DNA of 58,882 nt, taken from contig PBTW01000020.1 of NCBI GenBank assembly GCA_002729315.1, positions 24,240 to 83,121 on the forward strand. The letters are read 5' to 3'. Under the pieces are notes generated by a model. The model was not told the DNA's origin, did not search any database, and saw only the letters and a list, made by a program, of their open reading frames with translations. Both the position numbers and the translations under genes were made by a program. Origin of the DNA: Gammaproteobacteria bacterium. Its GTDB lineage: Bacteria; Pseudomonadota; Gammaproteobacteria; Pseudomonadales; Pseudohongiellaceae. The first letter of the stretch is position 1. Every line of letters starts with the position of its first letter. This document shows positions 1-11,525 of this stretch, piece by piece.

Positions 1-809
1 AAGCCATCGTTGCTGCCGACAAGCGCCCTCCTCATCTTGCGGCAGTGCTAGTCGGTAATGATGGCGCTAGTCAGAATTACGTCGGCATGAAAGTCCGCGA
101 TTGCGAAGAAGTTGGTTTTGGCTCAACGATAGTCAGGATGAAGACAAGCATCACGGAGGCGGAGTTGCTGGAAAAAATTGGCCAACTCAACAGCGACGAC
201 GCAATTGACGGATTCATTGTTCAACTGCCTCTTCCCCCACAGATTGACGAAAATAAGGTGATCCTAGCGATCGATCCAAAAAAAGACGTCGATGGGTTCT
301 GCCCCGAAAATGTCGGCAATCTCAGCCTCGGGCTGCCGACGTTTGTCTCGGCCACGCCCAACGGCATCATGGAATTACTTAGGCGCTACGAGATTGAAAC
401 GGAAGGAAAGCACTGTGTGGTATTAGGCCGCAGTAACATCGTCGGTACGCCCATCGCAGTTCTGATGTCGCGCAACACCAACCCCGGTAACGCGACGGTC
501 ACCCTCGCACACAGCCGGACGAAAAATCTCAAAGCACTATGTGCCAGCGCCGACATTCTGATCGCGGCCATCGGCAAAACTGAATTTGTCACTGCCGATA
601 TGGTCAAGCACGGCGCGGTCGTTATCGACGTGGGCCAGACCCGGGTACCGGACAGCACACGCAAATCTGGATTCCGCAATGTCGGTGATGTCGACTTTGA
701 ACAGGTTAAGGACAAATGTTCTCATATCACTTTTGTCACCGGAGGTGTCGGACCGATGACTCGCGCCTCCTTACTTCAAAACACCCTAAAAGCCTACCAA
801 CGCAGATAG
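1..809 (+). CDS. folD: Bifunctional methylenetetrahydrofolate dehydrogenase/cyclohydrolase FolD. The 5' end is cut by the window edge and the frame runs from nt 3.
   Basis: The ORF is open to the left edge. The translation ...[19 protein letters not shown]...[10 protein letters not shown]...[12 protein letters not shown]...GGVGPMT carries typical FolD motifs. Confidence 0.9.
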   Translation, partial: AIVAADKRPPHLAAVLVGNDGASQNYVGMKVRDCEEVGFGSTIVRMKTSITEAELLEKIGQLNSDDAIDGFIVQLPLPPQIDENKVILAIDPKKDVDGFCPENVGNLSLGLPTFVSATPNGIMELLRRYEIETEGKHCVVLGRSNIVGTPIAVLMSRNTNPGNATVTLAHSRTKNLKALCASADILIAAIGKTEFVTADMVKHGAVVIDVGQTRVPDSTRKSGFRNVGDVDFEQVKDKCSHITFVTGGVGPMTRASLLQNTLKAYQRR

Positions 810-819
810 AGACGCCAAC

Positions 820-2010
820 ATGTTCCAATCACTTCAGCCGCTTCCACCGGACCCTATTCTTGGCTTGTCAGCTGCCTACCGCGCCGACACCAATCCCTCT
901 AAAGTCGACCTGGGCGTCGGCGTTTACAAAGATGCTAACGGCAAGACACCAGTGATGCGCGCGGTAAAAAAAGCAGAAGAAGTTCTAGTTGCCTCGCAGG
1001 ACAGCAAGGCCTATGTCGCACCTACTGGCGCTGCCGGATACAATGAGATCGTTGCCAGCCTGATGCTGGGTGACACGCTTAAGCGATCACTCGCCGATCG
1101 TCGAGTCACTGTACAAACTCCCGGAGGTTGCGGCGGACTTCGCATTGCCGCTGAGTTCATTCGTCAGGCCAACCCAGATGCAACTGTCTGGGTAAGCGAT
1201 CCGACCTGGGCGAATCACATCCCCCTGCTTGGCTCAGCCGGACTTCAATTCAAGCAATATCCGTATTACGACTACGAGACCCATGCTGTTAAGTTTGACG
1301 AGATGCTTGAGTGCTTACGTAAGGTTCCTAAGGGGGATCTGGTGTTGCTGCATGGATGTTGCCACAATCCAAGCGGAGCTGACCTGACCACCGAGCAATG
1401 GCAGGCCGTAAAGCATGCAGCACTGGCTCAGGGTTTTACAGTATTAATCGACTTGGCTTATCAGGGCCTGGGGGACGGCCTCGACTCGGATGCCTTTGGA
1501 GTCCGCTTACTTGCAGAGTCTTTGCCAGAACTGATCGTCGTAAGCTCTTGCTCAAAGAACTTCGGTCTCTATCGCGAACGCACCGGAGCCCTAACGCTTA
1601 TCTGCGATACCGCCGATGCCACTGCCGCTGCAACCACGCTGCTGGCAGCAGCAGCGCGCGCCAATTACTCCATGCCACCAGACCACGGCGCTGCCATCGT
1701 TCAGACCATCATGGAGAATCCTGACCTCGGCAGTGACTGGGATGCCGAGCTCAAAGAAATACGCGACCGGATCAACAGCCTGCGTGCGCTTCTGGTCGCA
1801 AGACTTCAGAGCGCCGGAGTTGACCGGGACTTCAGCTTCATCGAACAAGAGAAAGGCATGTTTTCATTTCTGGGCGTCAGCAAAGATCAGATTCAGACCT
1901 TGATCAAGGAGTACGGTGTCTACCTAGTGGGTTCCAGCCGGATCAACGTGGCTAGCATAAATAACGAGAACATTGACTATCTGGTTGAAAGCATCAAGGC
2001 GGTTCTCTGA
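820..2010 (+). CDS. Aspartate/aromatic-amino-acid aminotransferase (AspC/TyrB family, PLP fold type I)
   Basis: 396 aa with an ATG start. It has the N-terminal DPILGL motif, the HNPSG motif and the PLP-lysine motif SKNFGLYRERTG. Confidence 0.9.
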   Translation: MFQSLQPLPPDPILGLSAAYRADTNPSKVDLGVGVYKDANGKTPVMRAVKKAEEVLVASQDSKAYVAPTGAAGYNEIVASLMLGDTLKRSLADRRVTVQTPGGCGGLRIAAEFIRQANPDATVWVSDPTWANHIPLLGSAGLQFKQYPYYDYETHAVKFDEMLECLRKVPKGDLVLLHGCCHNPSGADLTTEQWQAVKHAALAQGFTVLIDLAYQGLGDGLDSDAFGVRLLAESLPELIVVSSCSKNFGLYRERTGALTLICDTADATAAATTLLAAAARANYSMPPDHGAAIVQTIMENPDLGSDWDAELKEIRDRINSLRALLVARLQSAGVDRDFSFIEQEKGMFSFLGVSKDQIQTLIKEYGVYLVGSSRINVASINNENIDYLVESIKAVL

Positions 2011-2098
2011 GTCGCTGTCTCAGCCCCAGAGCACTTGTTGCAACCCGAATGGCTGAGCCCTAAGCCACTAAACGAAAAGAGAGCGCATGCGTGCGCAG

Positions 2099-3178
2099 TC
2101 AGACCGCTCGTGCCTGTAGCGAGCTGCGAATGGCTTCCGCAAATGCCCTCAGGAGTGTCTCGGTCGTCGTCCAGCTGATGCAAGCGTCAGTAATGGAGAC
2201 GCCAGGGCGCATTTCTGCCAGATCGTCAGGGATAGGCTGATTGCCCTCCTCCAAATTACTTTCGAGCATTACGCCGATGATGGACCGGTTTCCCTGAGCA
2301 ATCTGATCTGCGACCGAGTTGAGAACCTCCTGCTGTCTGGCCGGGTTTTTCTGTGAGTTCCCGTGACTACAATCGATCATGAGATTTTCAGCGTGACCCG
2401 CTTTTCGCAGCTCAGCCTCACATTGCGCCACAAACGCAGGTTGATAGTTGGGGGTCTTTCCACCGCGCAAGATGATATGACAGTGCGGATTGCCTTCCGT
2501 GCGGAATACCGCCACGCGCCCCTCACCGGTAACACTGATGAAACTGTGATTCGCTGATGCCGATCGAATGCCGTTGATCGCCACTGAAAGTTCACCGTCT
2601 ACGTTATTTTTGAAGCCGATAGCAGAGGAGATACCGCTGGCCAGCTTGCGATGTGTGGGCGATTCCGTAGTACGGGCACCAATTGCCGTCCAGCTCACGA
2701 GGTCTTGCAAGTACTGAGGAGAGATCAGATCCAGAGCTTCAATAGCGATGGGCAGGCCCAGCTCGGCTATTTCCAGCATGAGCTTGCGACCCGTACGGAG
2801 CCCTTGGTCGATCCTGTGACTACCATCGAGAAACGGGTCGTAAATCAACCCTTCCCAGCCGATAGACGTCCTCGGTTTTTCGAAATAAACCCGCATCAGG
2901 ATTAACAGCTCATCAGACAGCGCGTCCGCCAGCGGCTTAAGTAAGCGGGCGTACTGCAATGCTTCATCTGGGTTATGGATCGAGCACGGACCAACAACGA
3001 CGATCAGGCGCGGATCTGTGCGATCCAGAATGCCTTTCACTGCACGATGACCTTCTCGGACTGTATCCAAAGCCTGACCCTGAAGCGAAAACTCTTGCCG
3101 CAATTCATCAGGCGTGGGCAGGTGTTCAAATCCTGTGATATGCAGGTTATGAACCTCATTGCTCTCTGCGTTTGCCAT
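2099..3178 (-). CDS. 3-deoxy-7-phosphoheptulonate (DAHP) synthase, class I (AroF/G/H type)
   Basis: Family-typical GPCSIH and KPRTS motifs. I chose the ATG at 3178 (MANAES...) because GGAG lies 6 nt upstream. The ORF track extends to 3229. Confidence 0.9.
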   Translation of the reverse strand: MANAESNEVHNLHITGFEHLPTPDELRQEFSLQGQALDTVREGHRAVKGILDRTDPRLIVVVGPCSIHNPDEALQYARLLKPLADALSDELLILMRVYFEKPRTSIGWEGLIYDPFLDGSHRIDQGLRTGRKLMLEIAELGLPIAIEALDLISPQYLQDLVSWTAIGARTTESPTHRKLASGISSAIGFKNNVDGELSVAINGIRSASANHSFISVTGEGRVAVFRTEGNPHCHIILRGGKTPNYQPAFVAQCEAELRKAGHAENLMIDCSHGNSQKNPARQQEVLNSVADQIAQGNRSIIGVMLESNLEEGNQPIPDDLAEMRPGVSITDACISWTTTETLLRAFAEAIRSSLQARAV

Positions 3179-3364
3179 AGCTACTCCGATATCGAGGTGG
3201 CGTGGATTATGGGGTAAATCATGAACCAACTCAAAGAAATTCCAGATTCATCCTGTTGCCATTGTGCATCAGCGGGCTTTGCTTTAACTTTCGCACTGCT
3301 TCGGGCCAACGCGAACGTGGCAATTTTCATGGCCTGATAGACCGAGACAAAACGAGGAAAAGCC

Positions 3365-3931
3365 ATGCCCAAAGCGAGTGATCTGAAAAAAGGTATGATA
3401 GTGGAAATCGATGAATTTCCGTATATCGTAAAGCAGCTGGACGCCAGATCGCCATCCTCAAGGGGCGCTTCTACTCTCTATAAAATTCGCTTTAACAACC
3501 TGAAAACGGGCCAGAAGCTGGACTGCTCTTTTAAAGGTGAAGATCATGTAAAAGAAGCAGACTGCTCAAGAATTACAGTCCAGTACTCTTATCGTGATGG
3601 TGAAATCTATTACTTCATGGATATGGAAGATTTCACCCAGTACGGCCTAGAAGCCAGTCAGATGGATGCGCAAATTCCGTATTTGATCGAACAGCAGGAA
3701 GACATCATAGCACTCATTGTTGACGGCAACCTTGTTGCCATCGAACTGCCTCAGTCAGTGAGTCTTGAGGTTATCGACACACCACCAGCTGTAACGGGCT
3801 CCTCAGCGACCAACCGGAGCAAGACAGCAACTTTATCAACCGGTCTTGAAATTCAGGTTCCCGAATATTTAGCGCCGGGTGAAACAGTTAAAGTGAATAC
3901 CGCCACAGGAAAATTCATGTCCCGGGCCTGA
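3365..3931 (+). CDS. efpL: EF-P paralogue (YeiP/EfpL-type elongation factor P-like protein)
   Basis: 188 aa. MPKASDLKKGM...SPSSRGASTLYKIRFNNLKTG matches the YeiP-type loop, which has Arg instead of the EF-P Lys. GAGGAA SD lies upstream. Confidence 0.85.
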   Translation: MPKASDLKKGMIVEIDEFPYIVKQLDARSPSSRGASTLYKIRFNNLKTGQKLDCSFKGEDHVKEADCSRITVQYSYRDGEIYYFMDMEDFTQYGLEASQMDAQIPYLIEQQEDIIALIVDGNLVAIELPQSVSLEVIDTPPAVTGSSATNRSKTATLSTGLEIQVPEYLAPGETVKVNTATGKFMSRA

Positions 3932-4020
3932 TGGCAGGCACAAACAATCTCTAGTCTGGTGCCGCCTGAAGCAAATTCCGTGCGCACCGTGACACAGAGC
4001 CGATGGCAATGATTCCTGAT

Positions 4021-4356
4021 TTACTCCGTTACCCCGGTAGCTGGTTCTTTTGGCGCGGCCTGACAGTTCCAGCAAACCGCAAAAGAGCCCTCGACCTCTT
4101 CGTGACACACATGACAGACCCAGGCATCGAATTCGGCCAGGCTGGCTAGCTCCATTTCGCTGATCATTCGCTCAGCTGTCTGATAATTGAGCGCGTTAAC
4201 CACCCACACCTCACCCATGCATTCGGTCACTGGCAATTCCCCGGCTACGGAATACAAGCTGCCATTTCTGGTTTTTGCCTCAATCCCCTGATGCTCAAGC
4301 ATGTTTTTTACATGCCAGACCAGAGCGATATTATTGTTAGAGTAAATTTTTTTCAC
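4021..4356 (-). CDS. Small DUF2007-like protein with a C-terminal CxxC...CxxC zinc ribbon
   Basis: 111 aa with a GTG start. The N-terminus MKKIYSNNNIALVWHVKNMLEHQGI is typical of DUF2007. The C-terminus carries CHVC...CWNC. Confidence 0.6.
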   Translation of the reverse strand: MKKIYSNNNIALVWHVKNMLEHQGIEAKTRNGSLYSVAGELPVTECMGEVWVVNALNYQTAERMISEMELASLAEFDAWVCHVCHEEVEGSFAVCWNCQAAPKEPATGVTE

Positions 4357-4486
4357 CTGTTAGATAACCTGCTTACGGATGCCGTGGCTGACCACTTTTT
4401 GCGGGTTGGTTTATCCATTCGTAAATAATCTGTCCTGAATCACAGCCTGCTTCGATAACTCATACGTAACGGGTCTTTTTGAATCC

Positions 4487-6091
4487 CTACCGATTGAACT
4501 GCGACCAACGCATACCTGTTGCAAAAAGAACAGTGAGATAAACCATGATTCCGGGAAACACCAGAAAGATCAGCCTGACAATCTGCTCGAATACAGACCA
4601 TTCTAGCCAGGCAGACCAGGAGCCCAAACCATAGAAAACAAAAACCACCATGATCACGTTTGCCAGCATAATCTGGAAAAGAAAGCGCGGCCAGCCTGGG
4701 TGAAACCGAAACACGTCTGCCCGCTTAAGCATCAGCAACAACCCCCCGGCGTTGAGATAAGCGGCAAGGCTCGTGGCAAGCGCCAGACCGATATGGGCCC
4801 AACCACCGAGGTAAAACAAAAGATTGAGGACCATGTTGGCTGACATCGCAATCATCCCGATGCGCACAGGCGTCGCCGTGTCCTGCCTGGCGTAGAACCC
4901 CGGAGCAAAAATCTTCACCCCCATGAAAGCTAGCAGGCCAACAGCATATGCCCGCAAACTCCCGGCCGAACTGACAACATCCTCGACTGGGAAGTTCTGA
5001 TTCTGAAAAAGGGTGATCAGCAGCGGCTCTGCCAGCAACATTAGTCCGATGGTTGCCGGCAACGCAATCAGTACTACCAACCTCAACGCCCAGTCCAGCG
5101 TTTCAGAAAAGGCTTCAGGTGAAGATTCGGCGTGATGCCGCGACAGACTCGGCAGAACAACTATCGCAATGGCAATGCCAAAAGTGCCTAGCGGCAACTC
5201 CATCAGGCGATCGGAATAGTACAGCCATGAAACGCTGCCCGTGACCAGTAAAGATGCGATCATGGTATCAAGCAGCAAATTGATCTGACTGACGGAAACT
5301 CCGAACAGCGCCGGCAGCATCAGCTGCTTGATTCGCGACACGCCCTCTGTGTCACGGTTAGGCCGGGGTACCGGTAATAGGCGTAGACGAGCCAAAAGAG
5401 GCAGCTGAAACAATAACTGAGCAAAGCCTGCGATCAATACCGCCCATGCCAGAGCCAGCTCCGGTTGCCGTAGATAGGGGGCAAGCAGGAAAGAGCAGCT
5501 GATCAGTGAGACGTTCAGCAGCGCCGGAGTCAGGGCCGGCACAGCGAAGCGGCCGTAACTGTTGAGTACAGCACTGCATAGAGCGGTCATGGAAATCAGT
5601 AATAGATAAGGAAAGGTGATTCGCAGCATCTGCACAAAAAGGGCAAATTTTTCCGGTTCATCCGTAAAACCGTAGGCAATCAGTACCGCCAGATTGGGCG
5701 CTATGACTATAACTACCAGCGTGATGATAAGCAAAAAGCCACCAAGACTCGCAGCGGTCGCGCCAATCAAATTCTGAACGGCTTCGACTGGCTTGTGACT
5801 TCGATATTCCGACAATATCGGCACAAAGGCCTGGCTGAATGCACCCTCGGCAAACAGCCTCCGCATGAAGTTCGGAATTTTATTCGCCAGAAAAAACGCA
5901 TCCGTCGCATCGGAAGTGCCAAACAACCGCGCAATCACGATATCCCGGCCCAGTCCCAGAAAGCGGGAAATCAGAGTCATAGAACCAGTTACCCAACTCG
6001 AGCGGAGCAAACCTTCACTGGAAGTCTGTTCGGATGACTCTGATGGCCCGGTGGCTGGCTGATCACTGCTCATATGCGGAATTGGTTCCAT
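4487..6091 (-). CDS. murJ: Lipid II flippase MurJ (MviN)
   Basis: 534 aa and polytopic. The N-terminal region LISRFLGLGRDIVIARLFG...DAFFLANKIPNFMRRLFAEGAFSQAFVP is diagnostic of MurJ. Confidence 0.92.
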   Translation of the reverse strand: MEPIPHMSSDQPATGPSESSEQTSSEGLLRSSWVTGSMTLISRFLGLGRDIVIARLFGTSDATDAFFLANKIPNFMRRLFAEGAFSQAFVPILSEYRSHKPVEAVQNLIGATAASLGGFLLIITLVVIVIAPNLAVLIAYGFTDEPEKFALFVQMLRITFPYLLLISMTALCSAVLNSYGRFAVPALTPALLNVSLISCSFLLAPYLRQPELALAWAVLIAGFAQLLFQLPLLARLRLLPVPRPNRDTEGVSRIKQLMLPALFGVSVSQINLLLDTMIASLLVTGSVSWLYYSDRLMELPLGTFGIAIAIVVLPSLSRHHAESSPEAFSETLDWALRLVVLIALPATIGLMLLAEPLLITLFQNQNFPVEDVVSSAGSLRAYAVGLLAFMGVKIFAPGFYARQDTATPVRIGMIAMSANMVLNLLFYLGGWAHIGLALATSLAAYLNAGGLLLMLKRADVFRFHPGWPRFLFQIMLANVIMVVFVFYGLGSWSAWLEWSVFEQIVRLIFLVFPGIMVYLTVLFATGMRWSQFNR

Positions 6092-6211
6092 GCATGAATC
6101 GTCTCCCTGCAGATCCAGCAGACTCCTTGCTCAGTTAACTTAATCTGGTTAATTACTGATTTTATTATATATTTCAAAAATTGAGAAAAGCCATTTAGAG
6201 TATCCGAAATA

Positions 6212-6240
6212 TTGACATCAATAGCTGAAAACGGCATATT
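6212..6240 (+). promoter_or_regulatory. Candidate sigma70 promoter for rpsT
   Basis: TTGACA (6212-6217), a 17-nt spacer and CATATT (6235-6240) in an AT-rich intergenic region about 100 nt upstream of rpsT. Confidence 0.3.
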
Positions 6241-6340
6241 GGCGACCCGTCAACGCGACGTCCGACTCTGCCGCGCTAAACCATCAGTTTAAATCCGCTC
6301 GATCGGAGCAAATTTTAAAGACAGTAACAAGGAGCTACAC

Positions 6341-6604
6341 TTGGCCAACTCTCCACAAGCCCGCAAAAGAGCCCGTCAGGGAGAATCGCGACGTCGACAC
6401 AACGCATCCTTCCGTTCGATGGTGCGCACCTTCATCAAGAAAGTTGACGCGGCCATCGCCGACGGCGACCAGAGCGCTGCGGTGAGCGCCTACAATGCAG
6501 CAGTTCCGGTAATTGATCGAATGGCGGAAAAGGGCATTATTCACAAAAACAAGGCCGCGCGGCACAAAAGCCGTCTAAATACCGCCGTAAAAGGCATGCA
6601 GTAA
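6341..6604 (+). CDS. rpsT: 30S ribosomal protein S20
   Basis: 87 aa with a TTG start preceded by [18 protein letters not shown]... is the canonical S20 N-terminus. Confidence 0.95.
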   Translation: MANSPQARKRARQGESRRRHNASFRSMVRTFIKKVDAAIADGDQSAAVSAYNAAVPVIDRMAEKGIIHKNKAARHKSRLNTAVKGMQ

Positions 6605-6652
6605 GTAGTAATCAGACGAAAAAACTGGCTTGCCGCCGGGTTCTTTCGCCTG

Positions 6653-7771
6653 TCAGATCAGGATGAGGTTGTCACGGTGGATGACCTCTTCCTCACCAAC
6701 ATAGCCGAGCAGACCCTCGATCTGATCACTGTTCTTGCCGCAAACACGGGCGACTTCCACCGCATCATAATTAACTAACCCGCGAGCGACTTCCACGCCT
6801 TGGAGATCATGGCAGGCCACCACGTCGCCGCGGAGAAAGCCGCCGGATACACTTTGAATCCCGACCGCCAGCAGACTGCGGCCCGAATGCCGCAGCACCT
6901 CAACAGCCCCGGCGTCGAGAACCAAGGTCCCTGCCAGGCTCAGTTGACCAGCCAACCATTGCTTTCGAGCCGTCATAGGCTCGCAGTTAGCGTATAGGTG
7001 CGTGCCTAGCTCCTCGCCCTCAGCAAGTCGCATCAGGATATCTGTTATCCTGCCTCTAGCTATAACCGTATCGGTACCAGACCGTGCTGCCAATTTCGCA
7101 GCATTCAGTTTCGACTGCATGCCACCCCGCCCCAGACTTCCGCCAGCGCCCGCCATGTCGGCCAGACTAGAATCGTTCGCCGCAGCACTCGGAATGAGGC
7201 GCGCATCAGCAACCACGCGGGGGTCTGCAGTAAATAAACCCTCCTGATCGGTTAAAATAACCATGCCATCGGCATTAATCAGATTCGCTACAAGCGCCGC
7301 CAATGTGTCGTTATCACCGAAGCACAGCTCTTCCGTGGCGACCGTGTCGTTTTCATTAACCACCGGCATTGCACCCAGTTCCAGTAGTGTTTGCAGAGTG
7401 CTGCGAGCGTTGAGGTAACGGGTACGATCAGACAGATCCTCGTGACTCAGCAAGATCTGGGCAGCACGCACCTCATGCTCCATGAAGCAGCTTTCATAGG
7501 CCTGAATAACACCCATCTGTCCTACAGCCGCAGCAGCTTGCTGCAAATGAATTTCACGAGGGCGCTCAGCCAGACCCAGACGGCTTACACCTTCTGCCAC
7601 CGCACCACTGGACACGAGAACAAGTTGTGTACCGGTCGACTTGAGGCGGACCAACTGCCTTGCCCAGTCTGCGATAGCCATTCGGTCAAGCCCCAGCCCA
7701 TCATTGGTAACCAGTGAGCTTCCGACTTTGACTACCCAGCGTTTGCCCTGAGTGAATTTTTCTCTGTTCAT
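6653..7771 (-). CDS. proB: Glutamate 5-kinase ProB (with C-terminal PUA domain)
   Basis: 372 aa. [11 protein letters not shown]..., NENDTVA and a PUA-like C-terminus. Conserved position after obg. Confidence 0.95.
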   Translation of the reverse strand: MNREKFTQGKRWVVKVGSSLVTNDGLGLDRMAIADWARQLVRLKSTGTQLVLVSSGAVAEGVSRLGLAERPREIHLQQAAAAVGQMGVIQAYESCFMEHEVRAAQILLSHEDLSDRTRYLNARSTLQTLLELGAMPVVNENDTVATEELCFGDNDTLAALVANLINADGMVILTDQEGLFTADPRVVADARLIPSAAANDSSLADMAGAGGSLGRGGMQSKLNAAKLAARSGTDTVIARGRITDILMRLAEGEELGTHLYANCEPMTARKQWLAGQLSLAGTLVLDAGAVEVLRHSGRSLLAVGIQSVSGGFLRGDVVACHDLQGVEVARGLVNYDAVEVARVCGKNSDQIEGLLGYVGEEEVIHRDNLILI

Positions 7772-7807
7772 AACCTTTATTCTTTCTGACTGCGCATGTG
7801 CTCACTC

Positions 7808-8998
<1,191 letters not shown>

Positions 8999-9007
8999 TC
9001 AGCACAA

Positions 9008-9038
9008 ACAAAAAAGCCCCGTCGATTGACGGGGCTTT
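9008..9038 (-). terminator. Rho-independent terminator/attenuator between rpmA and obg
   Basis: On the minus strand, an 8-bp GC-rich stem (GCCCCGUC/GACGGGGC, 9016-9035) with a 4-nt loop is followed by a U-run (plus-strand A-run 9008-9015). Confidence 0.6.
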
Positions 9039-9056
9039 CTGAAAACTAATGACGTT

Positions 9057-9314
9057 TTAAGCCGTCTCGACGCTGACGAATTTCCGGTTGTGCGGGCCCT
9101 TCTCCACGAATCGAACCACGCCGTGCGCCTTGGCAAAGAGTGTGTGGTCCTTGCCACAGCCCACGTTCTCGCCCGGGTGAAACTTAGTGCCCCGCTGTCG
9201 AACGATAATGTTTCCGGCTTTCACTTCCTGCCCACCGAACCGCTTGACGCCCAAGCGTTTGGATATGGAATCGCGGCCATTATTGGTGCTACCGCCTGCC
9301 TTTTTATGTGCCAT
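9057..9314 (-). CDS. rpmA: 50S ribosomal protein L27
   Basis: 85 aa, [16 protein letters not shown]..., with GGAG SD. Confidence 0.97.
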   Translation of the reverse strand: MAHKKAGGSTNNGRDSISKRLGVKRFGGQEVKAGNIIVRQRGTKFHPGENVGCGKDHTLFAKAHGVVRFVEKGPHNRKFVSVETA

Positions 9315-9339
9315 TGTTCACTCCTAGTCCCGTGTCAGC

Positions 9340-9651
9340 CTAGCCTTTTATGCCAGTGATTTTCACTTCGGTGAAACTCTGGCGGTGGCCCTGAGTTTTC
9401 TGAAAGTGCTTACGTCGGTTAAATTTAACGACCTTTATCTTGCTACCGCGGCTCTGTTTCAGTACTTCAGCAGTAACCTGTCCACCTTCAATGTACGGTG
9501 TGCCAATTTTGACCGATTCCCCTTCGCCGACCAACAGAATTCGGTCGAAGGTGACTTCATCACCGGCACCAGCTTTCAACTTCTCAAGCTGAAGTATCTC
9601 GCCTTCCGTCACTCGGTGCTGTTTACCACCGCTTTCGATCACCGCGTACAT
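9340..9651 (-). CDS. rplU: 50S ribosomal protein L21
   Basis: 103 aa, [14 protein letters not shown]..., with GGAGGGAG SD. Confidence 0.97.
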   Translation of the reverse strand: MYAVIESGGKQHRVTEGEILQLEKLKAGAGDEVTFDRILLVGEGESVKIGTPYIEGGQVTAEVLKQSRGSKIKVVKFNRRKHFQKTQGHRQSFTEVKITGIKG

Positions 9652-9896
9652 AACTCCCTCCGGTACCTATCGAGAATGGGTTCGCTCAACTTTATAGCGG
9701 CCGGAATTCTACGGGATACCCCTTCCAGAGGCAAGTGCTATCGCATGACGTTTGCTTGCTCTGGGTAGCCACAGAGCCCACGAAATTGCTCGACTTTTTG
9801 CGCAACGACTGCCTTGACAGTCATCCTCAGGCTCCCTAGCATGCATCGAATTCTTCAAGCCAACCGATTGACGTCATTCACCCTTTGAAACGCGCC

Positions 9897-10868
9897 ATGT
9901 CCGAACAACTCCGATCAGTCGTCTCGGCCGATTTTAATGCCGTCAACCAATTCGTGATCGATCAACTCTACTCCGAGGTCGAACTGGTTGAGAGTATAGG
10001 CCACTACATCGTCGACGCGGGTGGGAAACGACTGCGCCCGTTGTTGGTGCTATTAACTGCGAAAGCCTGCGGTATTAAAACAGATCAGCACATTCCTATG
10101 GCAGCGGTGATCGAATTCATCCACACCGCAACCCTCCTACACGATGACGTAGTGGATATGTCCACCCTGCGCCGCGGCAGACCAACTGTTAATGCCGCCT
10201 GGAACACCCCTTCTAGCGTTCTGGTCGGAGATTTCATTTACTCAAGGGCATTTCAGGTTTTGGTCAGCATTGGCAATCTTAGCATTATGGAAATCATGGC
10301 CAACACCACCAACAAGATTGCCGAGGGTGAAGTCCTACAATTGCTGGCAAAATCCAACCCGCAGCCCAATGAGCGTGATTACATGCGCGTTATCGAAAAC
10401 AAAACCGCTATTCTGTTCAAAGCGGCCGCTGAATGTGGTGCGATACTTGCCAACGCGGAGGCTGCGACCGCCGAAGCTTTGGCACGCTTCGGGATGCATG
10501 TCGGCACAGCCTTTCAGCTCATCGACGACGTCCTTGATTATCAGGGGGAAGCTGAAGCCATGGGCAAAAACCTGGGAGATGATCTCGCCGAAGGAAAATC
10601 TACCCTGCCACTGCTGTTTGCGATGACCCATTGCTCGGCTGACGAAAAAGTGCTTACTCGGGCGTGCTTAACCGCAGAATCACCTAACGCTGAACAACTG
10701 CAACAGGTAATCAAGATCGTACTCAAATCAGGGGGCATCGCCTACACGCTGGACAAGGCCGAGCAACAAGCGACACAGGCCAAGGCTTGCTTGTCTTTAT
10801 TGCCAGATTCCCGGTATCGCGAGACGCTCGATCAGATGGTCGACTTCGCTCTGCACCGTAGCAACTAA
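9897..10868 (+). CDS. ispB: Octaprenyl-diphosphate synthase (trans-polyprenyl diphosphate synthase)
   Basis: The two Asp-rich motifs LLHDDVVD and QLIDDVLD. Divergent from rplU, as in other gammaproteobacteria. I prefer the ATG at 9897 over the TTG at 9885. Confidence 0.9.
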   Translation: MSEQLRSVVSADFNAVNQFVIDQLYSEVELVESIGHYIVDAGGKRLRPLLVLLTAKACGIKTDQHIPMAAVIEFIHTATLLHDDVVDMSTLRRGRPTVNAAWNTPSSVLVGDFIYSRAFQVLVSIGNLSIMEIMANTTNKIAEGEVLQLLAKSNPQPNERDYMRVIENKTAILFKAAAECGAILANAEAATAEALARFGMHVGTAFQLIDDVLDYQGEAEAMGKNLGDDLAEGKSTLPLLFAMTHCSADEKVLTRACLTAESPNAEQLQQVIKIVLKSGGIAYTLDKAEQQATQAKACLSLLPDSRYRETLDQMVDFALHRSN

Positions 10869-10917
10869 TCAAAACCGGATATCATATGTCAGACTGTTGA
10901 AAAAAAGGACATTTCGC

Positions 10918-11496
10918 ATGACCCCCCTGAAATACAGCCTTTTACTGCCCTTAATCGTGACCCTGCTCAGCTGCACGGCAACGGGCCTCGGGGACGCAAG
11001 CCTCAAACAGCGCCGCCAGAATGTGCTCAACATGCGTCAGGAGGTGCTGACTGAACTCTACGCGCTCAAGCCTGATACCAGGGTACAGGTCGACAGCGCC
11101 GCGGGCTACGCCGTGTTCACCAACGCTAATATCAATCTGATCCTAGCGAGTTTCGGCGGCGGGCTGGGCGTCGTCAGAGACAATAAAACCGATATTGAAA
11201 CCTTCATGCGCATGGGCGAGGTCGGGATTGGTCTAGGCGCCGGAATCAAAGATTTCAGAGCAGTTTTTGTATTCCATGACCGTGCAGCACTTGAGCGCTT
11301 TCTGGATGTTGGCGTTTCCATTGGCGGACAAGCTGATGCCGTGGCAAAAGCAGGCGATTTAGGGGCCGCGGTTAGCGGCGAGGCAATCGTGGACAATGTC
11401 ACAGTGTATCAGCTGACGCAGTCTGGCCTGGCCTTGCAGGCGACCATCAAAGGCACTAGATACTGGCGCGACCCGCAGCTCAACGCGGGCTCATAG
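10918..11496 (+). CDS. Lipoprotein with a SYLF/DUF500 (Ysc84-like lipid-binding) domain
   Basis: Lipobox LLSC after a hydrophobic N-terminus. Gly-rich repeats FGGGLGVV...GIGLGAGIKDF...GGQADAVAKAG are typical of SYLF. The ATG at 10918 has an AAGGA SD. Confidence 0.6.
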   Translation: MTPLKYSLLLPLIVTLLSCTATGLGDASLKQRRQNVLNMRQEVLTELYALKPDTRVQVDSAAGYAVFTNANINLILASFGGGLGVVRDNKTDIETFMRMGEVGIGLGAGIKDFRAVFVFHDRAALERFLDVGVSIGGQADAVAKAGDLGAAVSGEAIVDNVTVYQLTQSGLALQATIKGTRYWRDPQLNAGS

Positions 11497-11525
11497 GTCA
11501 TAATGTCGGAAATGACTGCAAATTT

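Noticed and set aside
3932-4020. Terminator hairpin after efpL (GGCAGGCAC...GUGCCGCC)
   Set aside because: The stem has a bulge and a ~16-nt loop, and no U-tract follows on either strand. That is too weak to call.
9652-9896. Regulatory RNA in the 245-nt rplU / ispB divergent region
   Set aside because: I recognised no conserved motif or convincing structure. It is most simply two divergent promoters.
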